From an uncultured virus (IMG/VR IMGVR_UViG_3300027971_000053) (Duplodnaviria; Heunggongvirae; Uroviricota; Caudoviricetes): a stretch of 64,000 nt of DNA. The DNA lies in IMG/VR virus record IMGVR_UViG_3300027971_000053; one strand, written 5' to 3'. Positions 36,701-44,271 of the stretch are shown here, piece by piece. The translations under genes were made by a program, and so were the position numbers. How positions within the stretch are numbered: the stretch's first letter is position 1; the number at the start of each line of letters is the position of its first letter. The notes beneath the pieces are model-generated. The model was given only the letters and a program-made list of their open reading frames with translations. It was not told the DNA's origin and ran no database searches.

Positions 36701-39339
36701 GCGAAATGCAATTTAACAGCACGCCTGCTGTGTTTGGTCCGGGTGGAGAGGCTTTCCAGCGTGCGGCTGATGCGCTTATGATTAAACAAAGACCGCTTAA
36801 AGATCGTTTTTTTCCAACTAATATTGGCTTAACGATTGAGCAAAAGTTTATTAAAGCGTCTGCTGGTTTAATGCGTGTTTACGAGAACACGGGTCTTTCT
36901 AAGACTGCTGATGCACTACAAACTCAATACTACATACAAAACCATAACCAACGATTTGCTTGGACTTCACAAGCTACAGCTCGTGGCGTACCAATTCTAC
37001 GCAAAGAAGAAGGCGGTAAGGGGTTTGTTCTTGAATCTAAAGAAGGCCCTAGCTTAAAGAAACTTGCTGAAATTTTAGGCAAAGCTAACTGGGGAAATGC
37101 AGAAGGCGTACGTAACGCATATAGCCTGTACAGAATAAGTAAGCGTGCTAAACGTGTTGGGCTATCTAAACTTGGCTTTAAGAAAGAAGAAGTCACAGAA
37201 AAGATGCTCAAGGATGTGGACGCAGCGGTATCTGCTAACAAACAACTAGCAGACATTTTTAAAGAAGCAGACGCTGTGTACGATCAGTACAACAAAAACT
37301 TAATGAACTTGTTGGTACAGACAGGGCGTATGTCTCAGAAAGTAGCTGACGACCTTACCAAACATAACGATTACATTCCGTTTTATAGGCAAGAAGCTAA
37401 TGGCGATGTATACCTAGAAATTGGCGGTGCGCCTCGTATACAAGTTGGTAACTTAAAAGATCAGCCTTATTTAAATGAGTTGGTTGGTAGCGACGAACGT
37501 ATCGTAGACATTTACCAAGGCGCTCTACAAAATACCAACATGGTTATGGATATGGCTTTGCGTAACCTAGCCACCCGTAATACCGCTTACTCTTTGGGCA
37601 AAATGGGTTTCCTTGAAAAAGGTAAGAACAAAGATGGTATTGGTATTCGCAAGGGTTTTGGAGAAACTAAAAATAATGTAATTCGTTTCTACGTACAGCC
37701 TGTTGACGAAAGCGATGATGGCAAACGTCATGTTATTTTGAAAGAAGATGTGGCTGGCGTACCTGCACAGTTTATTATTGAGGGCTTGGCTGGCGTTAAT
37801 ACATCTGTGCCGACGTTGATTAGTATGATGGGCGCTCCGGCAAGATTGTTACGCTCTTGGGTTACAAGAAGCCCTGTGTATGCTGCACGGCAGGTTGTTC
37901 GTGACCCGTTCATTGCTGTTATGGCTAACGGTGTTGATGTTGGTGGTGCGTTGAAGGCTTTTAAGATTATGGGTCAAGCCATTACTGGCAAGCCTGTAGA
38001 AGATGAGATTGGTCGTCTTGGTTTGATTGGTAGCAACGTGTTTACCGGAACCAATGAAGATGTGCAGAAAATCATGTTACAGATTACCAGCGGTAAAAAA
38101 GGCTGGGAATCTTACTTGGCTAAAGCAGATATGCTTGCGTTGCAAGGCGATGCAGCAACTCGTACAGCCGCATTTAATAACTTCCGTAAGCAAGGCTTAA
38201 GCGAAATAGAAGCAATTATTGCCACCTACGAACTGATGCCGTTTACTCAGCGTGGTACATCGTCTAGCTTGTATTTGCTTTCTACAATGGTGCCATTTAT
38301 GAACGCTCAAATACAGGGACTAAATGTCTTGTACAAAGCGTTTACAGGAAAGTCTACTTTCCAAGAGAAGTTGCGTATTAAAGAAAAGCTATGGCAGCGA
38401 GGTATGTTGATGTTTGGTATGTCTATGGCATACGCTATATTGATGAGCGAAGACGAAGCATACCAGAACGCTAACGACGATGAAAGACTTAACAACTGGT
38501 TTGTATATGTGCCGGGTGTTGATGAGCCAGTACGTGTACCTATTCCATTTGAATTAGGTATTGTGTTTAAAGCGTTGCCTGAGACAATTGTTAACATAGC
38601 AAGAGGCGACAGAACTGCTGCCGAAGGTATCAAGGGGTTGGGTAAGATGCTTGCTAACGCTGCGCCTATTGGACCAAGCTCAATACCGCAAGCCGTTAAA
38701 GCGCCGTTTGAAGTCATGGTAGATTACTCATTCTTTACACAACGAAGTATTGTTGGCGATCGTTTAAAAGATGTCGACCCTTCCGAGCGTTTTAATGCTA
38801 ACACTTCTGAAATTGCCAAATTTATTGGTAAAGGCACAGGTCAAATCCCTATCCTTGGTGAGTACCTATCACCTGTTCAGATTGAGTACTTGGTTCGTGG
38901 GTACACAGGCAGCTTGCCATTAGCCGTAGCTTCATTAACTAATCCGTTGTTTGGTAGCGAAGCCGGAGAAAAACCTACTTCTCGTGCTAGCGATTTACCT
39001 GTTGTTGGTTCTTTATTCCAACCTAAAGATGCCGGTGGTCTTATCAATCGTGCATACAAAGATATGGAAAGCGTTAACAGAGCTAAAGGGACTTACGACA
39101 AGCTGCTTGACGAAGGGCGTGAAAAAGAAGCTGACTCTTATGCAGATCGTTTTGCGGACATGCTTGATCTTGCGCCGCTTGCTGGGGACTTCCGTTCACG
39201 TATGGGGCAACTTGCTAAAGAAGAACGTGAGATTAAAGCGGATCCAAGTCTGTCAGGTCCCGAGAAACGCCGTCAACTTGATGAGATTCGTCAAGAACGC
39301 ATTGAACGCGCTAAAGAGTTTATTAGCGAACGCGGGTAA
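30787..39339 (+). CDS. Giant polyvalent internal virion protein (zincin-like motif plus LPD38-like C-terminus)
   Basis: 2850 aa; N-terminal Gly/Ala hydrophobic region, long coiled coil, VAHEVIGHLG (HEVIGH at 36283-36300) then HEMIAH, C-terminal RVPIPFELG. Confidence 0.75.
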   Translation: MPYLRLPDGSYMDVPEGVSQREALAHAKEKYKDLFQPVEKPDTGLTGAAKASYQTLKGDVAALAGRAGLMDVGEAEKYQKERQAEAQRVFKPTEEGWTEAPFLKARELIGGSLPYMAAPIAVGGAAALGGAPVAAGAGLAGLASGLQFTGSNLSRQMNTGKALKDTDLMAAGAAAIPQAALDVVGFRFLPGVQKIFKSAGVELSEQAAKKVIEAGTLKTAGQYVVGGAKIGGIEGATEAGQQFFERLQAGLNIGDEQARKEYLESFIGGAVLGGIASPFGVAGKRGEAKDVIAKEQAKRDLEASKLAEEQQLADIQAKKDAELQAVQERKTKIEQMGLELYQAKPDLLKKLEELNTQAQRVTDLDELATLSQQAQDVQAQLNNLDPELVGANLKKLKKENDALKGQINKAEKDGNEDLRTELSTKYNENAAAIEEKALRLEALKYKPIVPPDVQKIQEKLNAAQKQLQKAKEQGDLVSVGRIVAKIKEYQSIPEYQEYAAEQKRIGEERSKRAATSADILAQEEQANQANEEIEAGNVVTMRKPPKKKYVDLPRLQQYYNSSVEQLNAKLAESSKAPALEIPEGQSAQETIAMVQQKFPEAFMSPEQRKNANINLPPADPEVQKLIKKVQDAKDMLEEHRPVTYSREQAKPDLAQQLVDKFTAPEQKLPTELTPEQKKAESARLAKLDGLKKDYYDSFDAYKKIIDESEAASQGTGKGKRLYGYNGRPLQASEKAIEAFNKYVEAKNAYLQVMSEGTPTPANAIKGLEAAQDVALLDLTDTIDSMRKGEFFGGPNPAAASSFLGTLAQKARTELEKYKEATLSQIDYVRQGRGMDALTEDAKAEINGQLESLLAGKIERATGKLARVLKAGEKAAPEDTAIRAAFEKAGFKFEPIATGEKEILTGFSREELADVKDAVNKIKDKALQKERKFGKLTRESTGDLFTEGRIKNTKKARKTDVELDDAEQAVRGVNAILDTALSSKDRTTFEEAKRLLEEGVKTRDTTDYSASGVAKVMPGLVDAINEQAYRASLGREIEAKETSQAIARVKDAFASPVQTGPKGKTTTQLEFFPGETATIRADEKNLSRLGQLRNARGADAISSGRKYFAEKATGAFRPAAMLKYFESPELAQLLDTAQELQAEGKKYASKAKVLKRQSTKDKYRAMADEAFAMYDETMVEVNEYVDFIEDYARKAIEKADKPAAFIAAFETQKQTVQKELSNAKKVIAAQEAKEAAAVEEKLTVARAKLKKAKTSEERNFLLDEISALEKTKRPDIVDELAAAERKVRGAKTLKQKIEARAEVLKIQSNALDNVIKDTKERIAEEQASAAQQTGLGLPGTRTQFKTLPRMEAELPNRFPTIQSKFEFARTYYKEMLAARSMTMNTKQRQALVEKRKKYEDAVVSLDKAFKQNNVDSRIATVMRNMVTMEEGTPQYRKAENLILSIEERIQQAIAGLKPKTETIAIKGVETKEAVENEAKVKEVIGEYSYESVKPSGPEQTAAEKAVGRISETELAKLRKVKQTRFDFVTKRLADQKAPVADRAALVDELQRKEKGPNGQEITVGLEAEIKAIDEILNARRIGMVVGQAQEEKGSKKYKATVTEKEMEKAGKFDKAGVHPESYSLVAKAYKDRTADKQKREANKTPAAVTKLIKEIAALQTEIQYDNLPAPKIVEKMALISDKRAQVERATLEFTETLEAKKMGISVEEYRRIFNFMNAGEFVFDADVSLTKDQVEKENARRRKESDVDFRVGSGKSVGLQMLRADAKAVVDKIKLPKGLDITVIQELSPMVKEYIRTRGVDPESVKGFVTNNGSVVIVAGKHENAKDVEATVAHEVIGHLGVEQTLGQAGMEKLVQHITAQKGGVMGLASKLGVWKEAYGAYAAALNSGKTKEEAQADAVHEMIAHVEEKRPGRSGFEDFKVFVKALVGVLRAALRKFNINLDIDTNDIYKILRDARKNFDAVSPGLYKKENGEMQFNSTPAVFGPGGEAFQRAADALMIKQRPLKDRFFPTNIGLTIEQKFIKASAGLMRVYENTGLSKTADALQTQYYIQNHNQRFAWTSQATARGVPILRKEEGGKGFVLESKEGPSLKKLAEILGKANWGNAEGVRNAYSLYRISKRAKRVGLSKLGFKKEEVTEKMLKDVDAAVSANKQLADIFKEADAVYDQYNKNLMNLLVQTGRMSQKVADDLTKHNDYIPFYRQEANGDVYLEIGGAPRIQVGNLKDQPYLNELVGSDERIVDIYQGALQNTNMVMDMALRNLATRNTAYSLGKMGFLEKGKNKDGIGIRKGFGETKNNVIRFYVQPVDESDDGKRHVILKEDVAGVPAQFIIEGLAGVNTSVPTLISMMGAPARLLRSWVTRSPVYAARQVVRDPFIAVMANGVDVGGALKAFKIMGQAITGKPVEDEIGRLGLIGSNVFTGTNEDVQKIMLQITSGKKGWESYLAKADMLALQGDAATRTAAFNNFRKQGLSEIEAIIATYELMPFTQRGTSSSLYLLSTMVPFMNAQIQGLNVLYKAFTGKSTFQEKLRIKEKLWQRGMLMFGMSMAYAILMSEDEAYQNANDDERLNNWFVYVPGVDEPVRVPIPFELGIVFKALPETIVNIARGDRTAAEGIKGLGKMLANAAPIGPSSIPQAVKAPFEVMVDYSFFTQRSIVGDRLKDVDPSERFNANTSEIAKFIGKGTGQIPILGEYLSPVQIEYLVRGYTGSLPLAVASLTNPLFGSEAGEKPTSRASDLPVVGSLFQPKDAGGLINRAYKDMESVNRAKGTYDKLLDEGREKEADSYADRFADMLDLAPLAGDFRSRMGQLAKEEREIKADPSLSGPEKRRQLDEIRQERIERAKEFISERG

Positions 39340-39514
39340 AAAGAACACCGAGTTTGCCCTGTACGGTACCAAACTCGGCTTTACCTATAATGCGGTGGTG
39401 AGTGGCGGCGCTTAGCCCCTCACTTTTTGTTTCTTCTAACCGCAACGTTGGTACAAAAAACTTCTGTTTAATCTCTAGCTTTTGCCACGGGTAGTGCACT
39501 TTAACTTTCTTCAT
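39323..39514 (-). CDS. Small hypothetical protein
   Basis: YPWQKLE...FFVPTL...GVLFTR; follows primase. Confidence 0.6.
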   Translation of the reverse strand: MKKVKVHYPWQKLEIKQKFFVPTLRLEETKSEGLSAATHHRIIGKAEFGTVQGKLGVLFTRVR

Positions 39515-42377
39515 CGTCAGGTGTTATTGGTCTAGTAATCTGCATCACGTTGACCCGCATGCTAGGACCACGAGTCTTGGTTAACATATCCTTACGCACA
39601 TACTTAACCTTGTAGTTGGGCATCGCCTCGATAGCTTCTTTAAAATCCTTGTAACCAAAACTCATTGATACACAGTGCTGTTTAAGTAGTTGCTCTTCAA
39701 TAAAGTAATCAATGTGCCCCGGTGTGAAGCCTTTTTCTACACGCCCTGCAATGTCCGATCGAGTTAGCGACTCATCTACTGCTTCCGTGCCACCCAGACT
39801 AGCTATTAGTTTGCCTTCAATAGACAGCTTAACCATAACAAACTTACCATAATACTCACGGGTGTAGGCGTTTAATACATCTTCAGCCGTACGCTCGCTG
39901 CTATGGATAATCCCACGGGCGCTGTATACCATCATGCGCAGAACTTCTACAATAGGTTTAACTGGAATGTCGATGATGTTGGCATACTTTTTACCAAGCA
40001 GTTGTACAACAGCAATAATGCAACTATTGCCTGCCGTCCAGTAACGCTCATCCTCATTGGACTCAAACTCTACCTTGAGCTTATCTTTGGTTTCAGCCAA
40101 TACCCGCTTGGCAGTTTCTCTGTTACGCACTATCCAACGGATTAACTCACGCCCTGCTACACCAAAGTTCTTTTTGAGTAAGGACAAGGCTTCTGCTTCT
40201 TCGGAAGTCCACTTCAGCTTCTTGTTCATCTGCAACTCAAGGATACGGAACATCTCAGCCTGTGATGCGTGTTTACGAGCGCCTGATAAGAAATCCATGA
40301 CGTGCGTATTGGATGAAAAGAGCACCAGCAGTTTCCAAGTAGTGTCGTTAATCCGCTCTTCGTTAGAGCCCTGCTTCATACGATCTTTACCCTTACCCTG
40401 CGTTAAATCTAGCAGGAACTCAGGCAACCACTCGAAGTCATCACGACTCTTGTTGGTAGTCTCGTCAATAATAAACGGCAAGCTATTCAGTAAACCCTGA
40501 CGTTGTTGCGATGCAACAATAGATGTACTCTGCGTTACACGATACCGCTCAGGATGCCCAAAGAAACTAGCCGCTAGTTCAAGCGCCAACGACTTACCCA
40601 TACCTGATTTAGAAGAACCCAAGTGATATACACAGCCGTTGTAGCCTGTAAAGTCCATCAAGACAGAAGCTGGACCAACTAAAGACATAGCCAAGACTTG
40701 CCACTCACCCTTGGCAATCAACATGTTAAAGACTTTTTTCCAGTTATCTAAAGAGCCAGTAGGCTTGGTAGACTGATTGATATTGTCTAACGCTGGGGTT
40801 GGTACGTATATTTCTGTGCCATCAGGTGCAAATATACGACTGTTATACACAAATGTTTCGTCTTCTTGCCAGCCACAACTGTTTGGTATAGGTATAGCCT
40901 TCTTATTGGCACTAATAAACTCCACACAACCACGTACATAGTCAAACAAGTTCTTGTCATTACCAGCGCCAAAGGCGGCAATGATGTTTTGATTGGCTAG
41001 TGCCTTAACGGTTTCTTCTTTGCTAACAATGGATTTCTGAGGGATTAAAACATCAATTGCACCATCAGGACGAAAAGCCATTAGGTGAACTATGTGATCT
41101 CCTTTATTATTAAGAATATCTACTGCGAACAAATCGTAGGGGAGAAGCATTACCTGCTTGCGTGATTTACCGCCCTGCTCGTCCTCCACCATCCTGTCCA
41201 TAAACACACCGCCGTTAGTGCCAAAGCCGAATCCTTTGGGTGGAGTTGGGCGTGTAATTTTGACTGGTTCTGTCTCGTCATTGAGATTGGCTGATACTTC
41301 TTTCTCTTGTATCCGATCGACTACAACTTCTTTTGGCTCATTATCTACCTTGATTTCCCGACCTAATGCTAGGGGATTAGTAATCTTGCCGTAGTGTGGG
41401 CAAGCGATACAGATACCGGGGTTTGCTTCATCCAGCTTGAGGCATTTGTATGGCCCTTTGATCTGATTCCACTTGGTGTTGTGGCGGTCTAAATCATAGG
41501 GGTGCATAGCCGATAACGCCAAGCCTTCTTCTACCCCGTCAGTACATGACTTAGCTATGCTGAGGATGCCACGCCACAAGGGTTCCATGCCGTCTTCTGT
41601 TGCGTGTTCACGGTAGTAGTTAATCTGACCGCATTTATCCCCGATAGTTTTAAAGTATGTAACGCTGTTTTCCATTAGCTTAACGCTATTGGCATTGGGC
41701 GGTAGTTTAGGGCGGTTTCCGGGCAGTTGTAGTGCAGGTAAGCCTTCGTATGCCGCAACCCCAATCTCTTCTTTAAGGTGGCTCGCAAGGGTCTCAAAAT
41801 CGAACGTAGTGCCTGCTAATTTAATGACTACTTTGCGTGGCTTTTCTTGCTTGTAGTTGTGTGTATCAGGCACACGCAGAATACGTGCGGCATCCCCTGT
41901 AACGGAAAAGTCGATGTTGAACTTGAGCTTCTTGCACAACCGCTTTAAGTTCTCTGCAACAGGTTTCCAAGTGGCAATATCTACTTCTTCGGTAAACGGA
42001 AAGTAAACGTGCAACCCCCCACCGCTAGAAATAATCCAAGGATTACCTAATTCTTTAAGGCGTGAGTCCTCTAAAAACTGATCCAATGCACGAGCGGCTT
42101 CGGCTTTGCTTTCGTAGTCCTTACCTACTGCACAATCAATATCCAAGAACAAAGACTTAATCTTTACCGCATTATCGGCAAGACGTTTCTTCTCGTCATT
42201 AAACGTAGCTAGTGCATAGAAAGTGTTGTACTTCTTCTCATCAAACTGTATAGCGGCGCTATACAACTCTTCAATCGTATTTACAAATACGTGTTCTTTT
42301 TTAGCTGTGCTAATTTCTACGGCGCAATAAATACCCGAAGTCGGTAGCACAGTCGCTAGGAATTCCTGCGACGTCAT
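39501..42377 (-). CDS. Primase-helicase (AEP-type primase, DUF927-like region, P-loop ATPase)
   Basis: FLDIDC and SSGGGLHVYF primase motifs, RILRVPDT, Cys cluster, SGMGKS Walker A, IIDE Walker B. Confidence 0.85.
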   Translation of the reverse strand: MTSQEFLATVLPTSGIYCAVEISTAKKEHVFVNTIEELYSAAIQFDEKKYNTFYALATFNDEKKRLADNAVKIKSLFLDIDCAVGKDYESKAEAARALDQFLEDSRLKELGNPWIISSGGGLHVYFPFTEEVDIATWKPVAENLKRLCKKLKFNIDFSVTGDAARILRVPDTHNYKQEKPRKVVIKLAGTTFDFETLASHLKEEIGVAAYEGLPALQLPGNRPKLPPNANSVKLMENSVTYFKTIGDKCGQINYYREHATEDGMEPLWRGILSIAKSCTDGVEEGLALSAMHPYDLDRHNTKWNQIKGPYKCLKLDEANPGICIACPHYGKITNPLALGREIKVDNEPKEVVVDRIQEKEVSANLNDETEPVKITRPTPPKGFGFGTNGGVFMDRMVEDEQGGKSRKQVMLLPYDLFAVDILNNKGDHIVHLMAFRPDGAIDVLIPQKSIVSKEETVKALANQNIIAAFGAGNDKNLFDYVRGCVEFISANKKAIPIPNSCGWQEDETFVYNSRIFAPDGTEIYVPTPALDNINQSTKPTGSLDNWKKVFNMLIAKGEWQVLAMSLVGPASVLMDFTGYNGCVYHLGSSKSGMGKSLALELAASFFGHPERYRVTQSTSIVASQQRQGLLNSLPFIIDETTNKSRDDFEWLPEFLLDLTQGKGKDRMKQGSNEERINDTTWKLLVLFSSNTHVMDFLSGARKHASQAEMFRILELQMNKKLKWTSEEAEALSLLKKNFGVAGRELIRWIVRNRETAKRVLAETKDKLKVEFESNEDERYWTAGNSCIIAVVQLLGKKYANIIDIPVKPIVEVLRMMVYSARGIIHSSERTAEDVLNAYTREYYGKFVMVKLSIEGKLIASLGGTEAVDESLTRSDIAGRVEKGFTPGHIDYFIEEQLLKQHCVSMSFGYKDFKEAIEAMPNYKVKYVRKDMLTKTRGPSMRVNVMQITRPITPDDEES

Positions 42378-42392
42378 GTGAAACCTTTCGAA

Positions 42393-42560
42393 TTAATAAC
42401 TGCGTGTTTGTACTATTTTGTCAGCAAAGCGGCGAACTAACTCTATTTGAAAATTCTTAGGCAAGCCTTGTGTATATACAAAATCTTCAGCAAAACGTAA
42501 CAGTTCAAGATCACTAAGGGATGAGGCATGGATTGGGGTTTCTATTGGTGTTTGTTGCAT
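42393..42560 (-). CDS. Small hypothetical protein (55 aa, not in ORF track)
   Basis: MQQTPIETP...LSDLELLRFA...FQIELVRRF; fills the gap in the operon. Confidence 0.55.
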   Translation of the reverse strand: MQQTPIETPIHASSLSDLELLRFAEDFVYTQGLPKNFQIELVRRFADKIVQTRSY

Positions 42561-42808
42561 TGTCTTAGTGCCTCTTCTGATGTCTTGCTTGATTGGAGTA
42601 TGTTCAACAAGGACTGCACACGCATCTTATATGCGTTGGTTACTTCGGTTCCGCTGAACCAGTTGTACACAGTTTGTCTTGTTGCGCCTGTAAATTTTGC
42701 TACTTCTATTACTGGGAAATCTAAGCTGATCGCCCACCGCCCCAACTGGTTGCCCAGCGTCTTAGGTGCGTTCTTTGTGGTGTTTCTAATTTCTTCTGAA
42801 TAAGCCAT
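42542..42808 (-). CDS. Cro/XRE-like HTH protein
   Basis: VIEVAKFTGATRQTVYNWFSG. Confidence 0.75.
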   Translation of the reverse strand: MAYSEEIRNTTKNAPKTLGNQLGRWAISLDFPVIEVAKFTGATRQTVYNWFSGTEVTNAYKMRVQSLLNILQSSKTSEEALRQCNKHQ

Positions 42809-42898
42809 GATTTTCTCGTTAAGTTGTGGGCGGGGGTACTGGTGCGATGTATGTGAAGCATCGGGTTATTAAACCATCCACGTTCCCCCCAAAACTAA

Positions 42899-43783
42899 TT
42901 ACTCGTCATCCCACTCATCAACAGTAGCGGCTAGGCTACCGGCTTTCTTCTGTGGTACTGCGCTTGCCTTAACTGCTGGCTTGCGCTTCTCAGGCTCATC
43001 AAATGACTCAGCTTCTTCTGCTTTAGCTTTTGGCTTAGCACCTTCTATCTGAAGTGGCTTTTCAGTAGGCTTAGCGACTGACATTGTAATAGCATTTTTA
43101 GCTGGAGTAGAAGCGCCTTTCTCTACTGCTACTGCGTACTCATCATCCTCTAACCAACGTAATGGTTGGAAGAACAACTTGGGTACTGCGGCTTTTGTGT
43201 CGAAACGTAGGCGTGTAACCAATGTTTCAGGGTTAATGCTTTGTGCCGCAAGGTAACGAGCATAAGCTTGTAGTGGGCGTTTGTCGCCTTCTTCTTTACC
43301 AAAGATTGATGTAGCCGCTAGAGTTAATTGCATTACATCGCCTTGAATATCATTGGCTAACACTACAGCAAGACGTTGTGAGAAACGGCAAGCCTTGGAA
43401 TCGCCCTGACCTGAGCCCTTAACATTCATTGGGCATGATGCGCAATTTGATGCTTGCGGTGTATCAATACTAGCATCAGGTGTTTCGCCGTCAGCAGACC
43501 AGCAGTTAGGCGCTGAAGTATTTCCTTCTTCGTATGTGCCAGCGTAGTATGTACGGCTGATCTTTGGTGCGGCATTGACGATAACAACGTCAAGGTGGCG
43601 ATCATCAATAGAGGTAATCTCTTTGCCGTCAGCCATCAAACGGAATACACCGCCCTTGATAGAAATACGTTTGCCACCGCCACCTACACCGCCCCCTGCG
43701 AGGCTTTTGGCTAGTGATGATAATTCCGCTTTGCGTGCGAAAGATGGTGCTTGTGTTGCATTAAAGTTGGCTAGTTCGCCCAT
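42899..43783 (-). CDS. Putative ssDNA-binding/annealing protein
   Basis: RISIKGGVF, CWSADG, CASCP, acidic WDDE tail; in replication module. Confidence 0.6.
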   Translation of the reverse strand: MGELANFNATQAPSFARKAELSSLAKSLAGGGVGGGGKRISIKGGVFRLMADGKEITSIDDRHLDVVIVNAAPKISRTYYAGTYEEGNTSAPNCWSADGETPDASIDTPQASNCASCPMNVKGSGQGDSKACRFSQRLAVVLANDIQGDVMQLTLAATSIFGKEEGDKRPLQAYARYLAAQSINPETLVTRLRFDTKAAVPKLFFQPLRWLEDDEYAVAVEKGASTPAKNAITMSVAKPTEKPLQIEGAKPKAKAEEAESFDEPEKRKPAVKASAVPQKKAGSLAATVDEWDDE

Positions 43784-43793
43784 GTTACTGCTC

Positions 43794-44204
43794 CTATTTG
43801 GTTGGTTTACGTACTGTTACTGCATACTCGGACATCGAATTGAGACCGGCTGGCACCATGCCGGGGTTCTCATCTAAAAACATAGACATATTCTTCTGCG
43901 CTATGCGCTTCTCAAACAGATCTAGTGCGTCATGCTCCACAACAAACGTTTTGAAAGAATCCCAATCGTCTGTGTAGTAGCGTGTCTTTTGCGACAAAAT
44001 AATAGTGCCTTCATCTGTACGCACAGAGCTACTGCCCAATGCCAACATTTGATCTTTCATAGCGTTCTTAATTTCGTCTTGCTTCGCTTTAAGTTCTTCG
44101 ATCTGACTCTCATACTCCTTGGTCAATTCTTGAACTTTTGTGTATATCTTGCGATACACCCTTGCTAGTTTATCTAGCGGTATTACTTCATCTTCGTTTG
44201 GCAT
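43794..44204 (-). CDS. Conserved replication-module protein
   Basis: AAGGAG RBS before MPNED; coiled coil, then SVRTDEGT...DWDSF...PAGL. Confidence 0.65.
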   Translation of the reverse strand: MPNEDEVIPLDKLARVYRKIYTKVQELTKEYESQIEELKAKQDEIKNAMKDQMLALGSSSVRTDEGTIILSQKTRYYTDDWDSFKTFVVEHDALDLFEKRIAQKNMSMFLDENPGMVPAGLNSMSEYAVTVRKPTK

Positions 44205-44226
44205 TTTTATGCTCCTTTGTAAAATA

Positions 44227-44254
44227 TTATACATCAGTAAAGCTGATTAGTAAC
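44227..44254 (-). promoter_or_regulatory. Putative promoter with inverted repeat in spacer
   Basis: - strand TTACTA-ATCAGCTTTACTGATG-TATAAT. Confidence 0.5.
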
Positions 44255-44271
44255 CCGACATAGGGTTTTCC

